The notes under the pieces: generated by a model
Told to the model about the DNA's origin: nothing
Seen by the model: only the letters and a program-made list of their open reading frames with translations
Database searches by the model: none
Shown here: piece after piece, positions 31,447-40,053 of the stretch
Layout: each line of letters starts with the position of its first letter
How positions within the stretch are numbered: the first letter of the stretch is position 1
Source: Spirochaetia bacterium
Lineage (GTDB): Bacteria > Spirochaetota > Spirochaetia > DSM-16054 > Sediminispirochaetaceae
Assembly (NCBI GenBank): GCA_034520965.1
Contig: JAXHMY010000001.1
Location: 736,001-800,000 of the forward strand
Direction: 5' to 3'
DNA length: 64,000 nucleotides
Translations under genes and position numbers: made by a program

Positions 31447-31489
31447 AAAAACCTCTTATTTTATCTTATCTTATTCTAAACCATTGCCA

Positions 31490-33385
31490 TTATAAAAGAT
31501 TGAAGATCTTTTTCAACCTGTTCCCATCGGCCGCCTCCACATGTTTTACAAAGAGGCTCCATTGGGCCCGTTCACGCCGGAACCCGGCATCTACCTCACC
31601 ACGGTCGATCCTGTCCTCCAGATCAAGTAATTCGGCAAGTCCCTGTTCAATAATGTAACCGGCGGCGGGCTCATTCTTATGAACCGCAAACTCACAAGCC
31701 TTCAACAGGCTTGCAAATACAGCCTGGGCCCGGGCCAGCTCACCCGCAAAAACCCCCGGCATGGGGTCTATCTGTTCTTTTACCTCCAGCATATCGGCCA
31801 GTCGCTGAAAGATAAGCAGCCGGTACATATCGCCGATAAAACGGGTCGCGGCGGTCTTTTCTTCCGCTCCAGAAACAGCTGATTTGTAATGTGCTATCCG
31901 GAGGTCCGGATGAAACAGCGCCCGAATACCATAGGGCAAGCCGGAGAAATAGAACTGCTGGTCCTCTGCCCGCCCAACCCAGGAAAAGGTAAAGGGAAGT
32001 GCATGCTGCAGTCCATGATTGCTGATTCCATAGCCTCCACCCTTTACAACCGGATGGGAGATCCCCGCTTCAAGGGAATTTATGCTGTTATACAACGCAG
32101 TCATACGGCCGTGGGCAAAGGATTTCTGGAAGAACATGTTCGGTCCGGTCCAGGTATTGGGTATGGCCACATCCGGAGCCCGCATCGCCTTGGCAAAGCC
32201 GAGTTTATCGATATCGGTGCTGTTCATATACTCGCCTTCATTTACCGCCAACTCTACCGCACGACCCTGCAAATCTTCAGCCTCACCCCCCCAATACGGG
32301 TGGCAGAGGGTTTGAAACCAGGTAAGGCCGGTTGCCTCGTGCAGGTTTCGGCTGCGGATTCCCTCATCAGTATCGAGCTTGAATCCGGCTCTGATATTGT
32401 GGGTCTTCTCCAATATCAGTTGTGAGTATTTAAGAGCATTAAAGTGACGTCCGTACTTTCCAAAAACAGAAAAAACCTCCAGGGGATCATCCGCCGCATC
32501 CGCTTCAGATCTTCCGCCCGGGTCTTCCCCCGCCCCCTTCAAAAGCTCAGCTTTAAGCCCTCGAACCCGCTCTTCTGTAAGTACCAGTACCTGCAGGTGA
32601 TGGTACTGCTTCTCCTGTAACAGCCACTCTATCCAGCGGCCTGCTGGTTTATCCAATCCGGCGTGGGTTACCGAGACCGACAGCAGCACCGGTACCCGAT
32701 AATCCGCAGGCAGAACTCCCTGCTGCTTCTCAAAAGCGGCATCTCCTTCCAGCTCCTGCAGGCAGGATACCAGCTCGTGATGACTATCTTCCTCGTACAA
32801 GGGTACCGGGTGATCGTAATCGGCTACCTTCTCGCCGGGTTTTGAGCGCAGCTCTTGTACCAGGCTTTTAAATTGAGCCGGAAGCCCCTCCAGCTCGGCG
32901 GCGCCGGCCTCCGGAAGGGTGTACAGAGCGTTCAGCTGCAGGACCACTTCCGTGGGCTTGATAGGCTCAGGATTCGCGCGCAGGTTGGTAAGCTGCCAGC
33001 GGGGCAGAATTTCACGGTCATCAAGCTCGAGTTCAGGCATCCAGACCTTAGATATCGCCTCGGCCAGCAGTTCCTGGTTCACCCCGCTTTCAAACAGCTC
33101 CAACACTCCGTCGACCTTTTCGGCCTGTTCCGGCCGGGAGTAATAACGCAGAAAGTTCTCCACACCCCGCCGCACAAACTCTTCAAGAGGAGTCTCAGCC
33201 CGCTTTTCCTGATAACGATACGAACCGCCGGCGATAGTACGCATTAGGTCGATCGCAGGTAGCAGCTGTGCAGATGCTGCGGCCTTGTCAATCGATACCC
33301 CCGACAGACCACGCTGCTGCGGAGTCCCGATAATTGCCTCAGTGGTAAATGCCAACAGTCGTCCCGCTTTTCCAAACCTATTCAT
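31490..33385 (-). CDS. Hypothetical 631-aa protein, possibly GT-A-fold glycosyltransferase-like
   Basis: Long ORF with SD GGGGAGG; FKLDTDE (DxD-like), GGGYG, GRAEDQ and IAHYK motifs; same strand and 43 bp upstream of sucrose phosphorylase. Confidence 0.7.
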   Translation of the reverse strand: MNRFGKAGRLLAFTTEAIIGTPQQRGLSGVSIDKAAASAQLLPAIDLMRTIAGGSYRYQEKRAETPLEEFVRRGVENFLRYYSRPEQAEKVDGVLELFESGVNQELLAEAISKVWMPELELDDREILPRWQLTNLRANPEPIKPTEVVLQLNALYTLPEAGAAELEGLPAQFKSLVQELRSKPGEKVADYDHPVPLYEEDSHHELVSCLQELEGDAAFEKQQGVLPADYRVPVLLSVSVTHAGLDKPAGRWIEWLLQEKQYHHLQVLVLTEERVRGLKAELLKGAGEDPGGRSEADAADDPLEVFSVFGKYGRHFNALKYSQLILEKTHNIRAGFKLDTDEGIRSRNLHEATGLTWFQTLCHPYWGGEAEDLQGRAVELAVNEGEYMNSTDIDKLGFAKAMRAPDVAIPNTWTGPNMFFQKSFAHGRMTALYNSINSLEAGISHPVVKGGGYGISNHGLQHALPFTFSWVGRAEDQQFYFSGLPYGIRALFHPDLRIAHYKSAVSGAEEKTAATRFIGDMYRLLIFQRLADMLEVKEQIDPMPGVFAGELARAQAVFASLLKACEFAVHKNEPAAGYIIEQGLAELLDLEDRIDRGEVDAGFRRERAQWSLFVKHVEAADGNRLKKIFNLL

Positions 33386-33686
33386 TCCGCCCTCCCCTAT
33401 AAAATCTAAAAATCACTGCAGTTCCTGGCAGCCGCCGGCTAAGTCCTGAATATATTCCGACAGTTCTTCAGACTGCTGCTTTACCTCATCAAAATGAGGT
33501 TAGGCCCTCGATGCTAAAAAGTCAACAATACATCGATACGCACCGAGGAAGCGGGTTAATGTTCAAAAAAAAAGACTCACAATACAATTATTTTGTAAAA
33601 TAACTGAATTTCCCTGCAATTCCACCTGAAACAGCCGTTCAGTTGATTTTCAAATTGCATATTTTACCGTTATAGTGGTTGGTGTC

Positions 33687-35117
33687 ATGAAGTATATATC
33701 GGTTGCAAAAGCCATTGATCAAGACGAAAGGCTTATTCCTCTGCTGGCACATGAGGAAGAGCCGGTACTGTGTGTGAATGAGGACGCATCCAAACAAAAA
33801 AAGATAAGTTTTCGAGCCCTTTACGATAACAACCGGCAGTTTTGGGACAATCCTACCACCTCCTGGAATTATCTGCTGCCCGTGCTGCGAATCAGGGACC
33901 TCCTGTCGGCCCTCCGGGAGAACCCGGACAACTATCGCTTTTATACTTCTACTGATGGTGAAGACTCCCAAAGTGTGGCTTCCGGCGGAACAAGCGAAGC
34001 AATCGGAGGCGGTATAGGACCTGCTCAAATCGGCATGCCGCCGAACTTCGGCCCCCACTACAGCAGCATTCAGTCAATGCCGGAGGATGAGAAGCTTGAG
34101 CTTATTGATGAACATAACAATTCTTTAAGGCAGCTTCTAAGTCAGGAAGAGAGGAGCGCAGAGGCAGTCTCTGATGCATTGAACAAATCCGCAACCGATG
34201 TATCTCTTATTAACAAAAGCATTCTCGAGAAAGCCCTTGAGATGAGCAACGAGGAAGCCCAGGTATTTTCGCAGGAACTGGTTGATAAAACCCGCGAGAT
34301 GGTACGTACCTCAACTATCTTGATTGATGAGACAGTATTGCAGGATGAAATGTTCGACGCCCTGGTATCAACCTCCAACGGGACCGTTGTCCAGCATATG
34401 ACCCGAACTTACGTGCGGAGTGTCTCATTTCTTATGTTTTACAATAAGAAGATCCTTAACTCCAGCCTGCCGAATCGAATTCGTATTAATTTTAGAAAGC
34501 GTTATCATCCATATTACAAACGACTACTGCCGCAGCTGCACCCGGATGATGTGGTCCTTGAGCGGGTATTTCATTCAGGTATGCAGGCAATTTCAAACCA
34601 GCAAATACACAACTTTGCCACCGGTTTTCTACTGCATGATATTGGCAAAACTAAAGATATTGATTACCATGAGGGAAATGAAGGCTACGACCGCGATAAG
34701 GTTGTTGATCATGTACGCCAGGGATATTTGACGGTGGTCAATAAAACCGCCTATCCAATCGAATCAGGACTCATTACAGGCTACCATCACGAATACTACG
34801 GCCACCCCAGCGGCTACGGTTTTTTCCGAGCCCAATACAGCAAACATTTGAAACGATACCCCCGTCAGCATTACAACTATCTGATTGGTTTTTCAGTAAA
34901 ACCGGTACTCACTTTTCAAACCATGGCCTTCTTCCCCGCTAAACTACTGGAAATCATCGATGTGTTCGATGCCCTCACCGATCCTAATCGAGTATACAAA
35001 CAGCCGCTCACTACGGAAGAGGCCCTAGAGTTAATGCAAAAGCAGTTTGTGGAGGAGAACCTTAAATTGGATCCGATTCTGCTGGATCTATTTATAGAAT
35101 ATCAGCGGGCAGCCTGA
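33687..35117 (+). CDS. HD-GYP-like metal-dependent phosphohydrolase
   Basis: HMTRT, LLHDIGK, HHEYYGHPSGYG and IDVFDALTDPNRVYK. Confidence 0.82.
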   Translation: MKYISVAKAIDQDERLIPLLAHEEEPVLCVNEDASKQKKISFRALYDNNRQFWDNPTTSWNYLLPVLRIRDLLSALRENPDNYRFYTSTDGEDSQSVASGGTSEAIGGGIGPAQIGMPPNFGPHYSSIQSMPEDEKLELIDEHNNSLRQLLSQEERSAEAVSDALNKSATDVSLINKSILEKALEMSNEEAQVFSQELVDKTREMVRTSTILIDETVLQDEMFDALVSTSNGTVVQHMTRTYVRSVSFLMFYNKKILNSSLPNRIRINFRKRYHPYYKRLLPQLHPDDVVLERVFHSGMQAISNQQIHNFATGFLLHDIGKTKDIDYHEGNEGYDRDKVVDHVRQGYLTVVNKTAYPIESGLITGYHHEYYGHPSGYGFFRAQYSKHLKRYPRQHYNYLIGFSVKPVLTFQTMAFFPAKLLEIIDVFDALTDPNRVYKQPLTTEEALELMQKQFVEENLKLDPILLDLFIEYQRAA

Positions 35118-35150
35118 GTACATCCTAAAGCTCTATTTTCGACCTCAGCA

Positions 35151-35248
35151 CAGCGATTCTAAATTTGGAAGTCAAAAGACTTCCAAATTTAGAATTCGCA
35201 TCAATTTCTTTGCAAAATTTTATATATCTCAACGTGTGGAGGTTTCTC
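35151..35248. repeat. Double-hairpin MITE-like element, copy A (right hairpin missing)
   Basis: CAGCG + 18-bp stem ATTCTAAATTTGGAAGTC-AAAA-GACTTCCAAATTTAGAAT + TCGCATCAATTTCTTTGCAAAATTTTATATATCTCAAC shared with copies C and D. Confidence 0.8.
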
Positions 35249-35285
35249 TGGAACTTTTGTCGGAATTTGACTACAATCACTCATT

Positions 35286-36023
35286 ATGAACTATATATGC
35301 TTAGCGGCCGGCAAGGGCAGCCGTTTTAACGGACTGGGGGTGTACCTGCAAAAATGCATGTACCCCATCGGCGGTATTCCCTTTCTCCGCTTTTCGATTG
35401 AAAACCTTATTTCTTCATCTGTGTTTGATGTACAGAACGACTCTATTACCCTTGTAGTTGGCCATCTGTCCCATCAGATCAAAGAGTATTTTGGTACTTC
35501 CTTTCAGGGTGCTCGAATACGTTATGTGGAACAGGGGGAGGCCTCCGGCACCGGTCACGCAGTACTCCAATCCTATCGCAGCGCCCCTTTTAGTAAATGG
35601 GCATTAGTCTGGCTGGCCGACGGATATGTTCCGGCCCATATATTCGAACAAGTTGTCCACACCCCCTCTGATGCGGCCCTTACAATTGCTTCGCACATAT
35701 GCGACCAACCCCACGGCGAGAGAGTTTCGATTAACTCAGAAAAGACCCATATTACCCGTGCCTGGAAGGGTAAAAGCGAATATGTGGACATAGGGGTGTG
35801 GAAAGTCCCCGTTTCAATTATGGACACAATGCTCAGCCATAAAACCGACGAACATCGCTATTTACCGGTTGTACAAGAGGCCCTTCAGGAAGGTTTGACA
35901 GTCGACGCAGTGCAGGCCGAAGAATGGGTCCATCTGGGCGGTACCGAGCCAAGCGTAATAGCTAATTTGAAGTCAGTTACAAAGCGCTTACTGGGAAAAG
36001 TCAAAGATTCGGAGAATACATGA
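35286..36023 (+). CDS. Sugar-phosphate nucleotidyltransferase (NTP_transferase family)
   Basis: LAAGKGSRF...QKCMYPIGG and EQGEASGTGHA. Confidence 0.85.
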   Translation: MNYICLAAGKGSRFNGLGVYLQKCMYPIGGIPFLRFSIENLISSSVFDVQNDSITLVVGHLSHQIKEYFGTSFQGARIRYVEQGEASGTGHAVLQSYRSAPFSKWALVWLADGYVPAHIFEQVVHTPSDAALTIASHICDQPHGERVSINSEKTHITRAWKGKSEYVDIGVWKVPVSIMDTMLSHKTDEHRYLPVVQEALQEGLTVDAVQAEEWVHLGGTEPSVIANLKSVTKRLLGKVKDSENT

Positions 36024-37085
36024 AAATATTATACGGGATTCAAACTACCGGCCATGGCCACATTGTTCGCGGCCGGGCGATGGTAAAGGAACTTATCAGA
36101 CAGGGACATACTGTTCACATAATTTTAAGCGGGCCGCCCTTGAAAAACAACTGGATTCCCGACTATTTTGAAAACTTTGAGCACCTCAAGGGGCTGACCT
36201 ACGTAACTGAACAAGGTCGCATCAATATACCCAAAACCGCCAAAATTCTGGACATACCGCAATTTATAAATGACGTAGTAAAGTATGAGCCAAAGGACTA
36301 CGACATCGTTGTCACCGACTTATGAACCTATATCCTCCCGGCTTGCACAGCTGAATAAAATCCCCAGTATTGGGATCGGTCACCTCTACGCCTTTGTTCA
36401 CAAAGTACCCTTGCCAACGGTACCGAACCCTTTCCATATTCTCATTATGCGCTATTTTGCTCCGGCAAATTACCCTATTGGCCTGCATTGGCACCACTTT
36501 AACGCCCCCATTCTTCCGCCGACTATCCCGCCGGATGTCCATAATGCCGATTCGATTCAGAAAAACAAAATTATTGTCTATCTGCATTTTGAAGCGATGG
36601 AAGATATAATTAAGCTCTGCAGCCCTTTTCCGAATTATGACTTTTATGTGTACTATCCGGTCGATGAAGCTTTTGACCGGGGGAATATCCACTTCCGTCC
36701 CCTCAGTCGTGATAACTTCCAGCGGGACTTGAGCGATTCGGCGGGGGTAATAGCCAACAGCGGCTTTTCTCTCTCCAGCGAGGCGATTCACTTGGGAAAA
36801 AAACTGCTTGCCAAGCCGGTAGCCCACCAAACCGAACAGGAAGCCAACGCCAGCGCTTTACAGGAACTGAATCTAGGACGGGTGATGAAGGAACTAGACA
36901 GGGATATGGTGGAACAGTGGCTTAACGCCCCTTCTCCGGAACCGGCGGGCTACCCGGATGCTTTCCCCGTTATCGCCGAATGGATAGGCAGGGGCAACTG
37001 GGAAAATACTGATGAACTAGTGGAGCGCCTATGGGCACAGACGAATCATTTGCCCAACTTCGAGTCGAAAAAACCCCTCCCCTAA
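36020..37085 (+). CDS. MJ1255/VC2487-family GT-B glycosyltransferase, frameshift near 36321
   Basis: MKILYGIQTTGHGHIVR, VTD(Y)EP, IGLHWHHF, NSGFSLSSEA..LGKKLL.KP...Q.EQ..NA; one extra T restores the frame. Confidence 0.85.
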
Positions 37086-37109
37086 GCTCCCCTAAAGAAG
37101 GTGATAAGA

Positions 37110-38022
37110 ATGTTCAGTGTGTCTAAAGTGCTTACTTTTCTGCTCCTCCCCCCCGGCATATTTTTCCTCCTTAGCCTCACGGCACTCCTGCTGTTGTTTC
37201 TTTCCCTTAGACAAGCTCTTAGACAAGAAAACAGAAAAACAGGTACAGCAAGCCGCAGGGCCGGCACTCGCCTCACCCGCACGGCAACAGTTCTGACGGC
37301 TCTGCTTGCGGCAGGGCTATATACCCCTCTCCATCGAGCCGGTGTCGGAGCTGCTGCTGCGTCCGCTGGAACAAGCGCATCCCCCGCTGCTGCTTGAAGC
37401 CGCACTCGGCGCCGGTACCAATGAGGAGTCCGGCACACGGGCCAACGCACAGTTCCCTGCCCAATATATTGAACTAAATTCCATCGAGGCGGATGCGATT
37501 GTGGTGTTGAGCGGCGGTACGGTCACCCGCTCGCCCGAGGAAGGGGGCAGGGCCTCCCCCGGCGCAGAGACCCTCAAACGGCTGAGCTTCGGCTATCGCA
37601 TCCACCGTGCCTCCGGGCTGCCGATAATCTCCACCGGCGGCACCCCGCTGTCTGCAGGAGCCGGCGAAGCTGAAGTGGCCGCCGGTGAGGCCATGGGCCA
37701 CTACCTGGAAGCCCTTGGCGCCGATCCAGAGGCCATATACACAGAAGAGGCCAGCCGCAATACCTTTGAAAACGCCGCCCTGGTGGCCGACAAATACAAC
37801 TACCAAAAGGTAATTCTGGTCACCTCGGCCTACCACATGCCCCGCAGTGTATGGGTATTCCGGCAGTTCGGGCTTCAAGTCGTGCCGGCCCCCACGGATT
37901 ACAAAATCGATGACGACGGATATAACCTCTGGAGCTTTTTCCCCAGCATGGGTTCCCTCCACGACTCATACCGGGCGCTGCACGAGTACGTGGGCATTGT
38001 CTATTACCTTTGGCGCTTTTAA
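37110..38022 (+). CDS. YdcF/ElyC (DUF218) family protein, frameshift near 37325
   Basis: N-terminal TM (FLLLPPG), AIVVLSGG, SRNTFENA and LVTSAYHMPRS; an extra C in a C-run explains the shift. Confidence 0.85.
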
Positions 38023-38041
38023 ACCTTTTCCTTGCTGGTGC

Positions 38042-38182
38042 CAGGTATTCTCATTTTGGAAGTCATAAGACTTCCAAAATGAGAATACCCACAACATCTT
38101 TAAGATAAACTACTTATCTTAAACAAAATGTAAGCATTCGCAATTTGAAAATTTTACAAAATTTTCAAATTGCGAATTGCTG
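38042..38182. mobile_element. Double-hairpin MITE-like element, copy B (complete)
   Basis: Ends CAGGTATTCT...CGAATTGCTG; 21-bp left stem (38044-38089), 10-bp middle stem, 20-bp right stem (38136-38177); CTGGTGC on both flanks. Confidence 0.75.
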
Positions 38183-38291
38183 TCTGGTGCCACACAGACT
38201 CGCCCTCTACATCAGATAAAAGAAATATAAAAAAAAGGTTGACGCATACCCGATTAAATGACAAGAATATATACGAACAGGAGGATAACGT

Positions 38292-39788
38292 ATGAAAAGA
38301 GAAACATGGGGAAGTAGAGCAGGCTTTATAATGGCTGCTGTCGGCTCTGCTATCGGTTTAGGAAACATCTGGCGGTTCCCCTATATGGCATTTGAAAACG
38401 GTGGTGGTGCATTTCTCATCCCGTATTTCTTTGCCCTGGTAACCGCAGGTATCCCGATCCTGATACTGGAGTTTTCCCTCGGACACAAAAGCAAGGGCAG
38501 TGCGCCCCTGACTTTTGCCAAACTGAACAAAAATTGGGAATGGCTCGGCTGGTGGCAGGTGCTTATCAGTTTTGTCATTGCGGTCTACTACGTGGTAATT
38601 ATCGGATGGGCAATTAGCTACATCGGTTATTCCTTTACTATGGCATGGGGCGACGACACAACCGCCTTCTTTGTCGGCGAGTTTTTGGGATTAACCGACG
38701 GACCCTTCCAGCTGGGCGGTTTTAGAGGCATTATCGTAGCAACCACCGTACTGGCATGGCTCATTAGCTTTGTCGTGCTGTACAAGGGTGTAAAAGCGGG
38801 TATCGAAAAGGCCAACAAGATTTTCATGCCCCTGCTCATTGTCATTCTGCTGATCGTCATGATCCGCGGAATCACACTACCCGGCGCTGCCGACGGTCTT
38901 GAAATACTCTTCAAACCGGACTTCAGCAAAATCTTAGATGGTCGAGTGTGGGTTGCGGCCTACGGACAGATATTCTTTACCCTGAGTATCGCCTTCGCCA
39001 TTATGATCACCTACTCCAGTTACCTGCCGAAGAAATCGGACATCATCAATAACGCCTTCATGACCGGACTGCTAAACTGCGGTTTTTCAATACTCTCCGG
39101 TATTGCAGTTTTCAGTATCATTGGTTATATGATGCACACCGGCGGCGGCGAACTTCCCGACAGCCTCAGCGGCGTGTTCCTGGCCTTCGCCACTATTCCG
39201 CAGGCTATCAACCAGCTTCCTGCACTGCAGGTGGTAATCGGCGTGCTGTTCTTCTTGTCACTGACCTTTGCCGGTCTCTCCTCATTCATCTCGATCAATG
39301 AGGTACTGGTATCGTCTTTCACCGACAAACTGAACCTGCCCCGCCGCAAGGTGGTACTTTGGTACACCATTATCGCGGGCCTGGTAAGTTTGATTTTTAC
39401 CACCGGTGCCGGTCTGTATGTCCTGGACATCGCCGACCGTTTCGTCAACAGCTTTGGCGTTGCCATGTCCGGTCTGGTAGAAGTTATCATTATCGGCTGG
39501 ATGTTCAAGCTGGTCACCCTGCGTGAGCACTTTGAACCTATCTCCGACTTTAACGTCGGCAAATGGTGGGAATTCACCGTTAAAGTTATCACTCCGCTGG
39601 TATTAGGTATCACCGCTATTCAGAACATCTATCAAGAGTTCACTACGCCCTACGGCGGATACGGTGTTGGTCCTCTCATCGCCTACGGATGGGCAGTTGC
39701 ATTAGGTATACTCATCATTGGTATCATCCTGGGTAAATCGAAATGGTCGGATCCCAGCATGCTGGAAATGACCACAGAAGACGAGTAG
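38292..39788 (+). CDS. Sodium-dependent transporter, NSS (SNF) family
   Basis: RETWGSR.GF..A.VGSAIGLGNIWRFPY...NGGGAFLIPY and QIFFTLS. Confidence 0.95.
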   Translation: MKRETWGSRAGFIMAAVGSAIGLGNIWRFPYMAFENGGGAFLIPYFFALVTAGIPILILEFSLGHKSKGSAPLTFAKLNKNWEWLGWWQVLISFVIAVYYVVIIGWAISYIGYSFTMAWGDDTTAFFVGEFLGLTDGPFQLGGFRGIIVATTVLAWLISFVVLYKGVKAGIEKANKIFMPLLIVILLIVMIRGITLPGAADGLEILFKPDFSKILDGRVWVAAYGQIFFTLSIAFAIMITYSSYLPKKSDIINNAFMTGLLNCGFSILSGIAVFSIIGYMMHTGGGELPDSLSGVFLAFATIPQAINQLPALQVVIGVLFFLSLTFAGLSSFISINEVLVSSFTDKLNLPRRKVVLWYTIIAGLVSLIFTTGAGLYVLDIADRFVNSFGVAMSGLVEVIIIGWMFKLVTLREHFEPISDFNVGKWWEFTVKVITPLVLGITAIQNIYQEFTTPYGGYGVGPLIAYGWAVALGILIIGIILGKSKWSDPSMLEMTTEDE

Positions 39789-39799
39789 GAGGTTAGATT

Positions 39800-39901
39800 A
39801 TGTCAGGTGGAGCAATAGCTTTTATGATTTTTGGAATCCTTCTCACTTGGGGAGGAGCTGCAGTATGCATCTTGATTGCCATGCGCAAGCGGGATGTCTA
39901 A
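39800..39901 (+). CDS. MetS-like small subunit of the NSS transporter (33 aa)
   Basis: Below the ORF track cutoff: SD AGGAGG, MSGGAIAFMIFGILLTWGGAAVCILIAMRKRDV*, with the WGG motif. Confidence 0.85.
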   Translation: MSGGAIAFMIFGILLTWGGAAVCILIAMRKRDV

Positions 39902-39932
39902 GCTCAGTATTTAATTTCAGAACAGTAATTTC

Positions 39933-39966
39933 AGACCGGGCTCTTAGGAGTCCGGTCTTTTTTTTT
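39933..39966 (+). terminator. Rho-independent terminator
   Basis: AGACCGGGCTC-TTAG-GAGTCCGGTCT followed by a long T run. Confidence 0.85.
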
Positions 39967-40053
39967 GGGGATTTTTTTATAAATGCACTCTTACAGCCGG
40001 CCGGCCATAAGCTCAGGGCGGCGGCACGGCGTATAGCGCAGCCGAGTCAGCCC

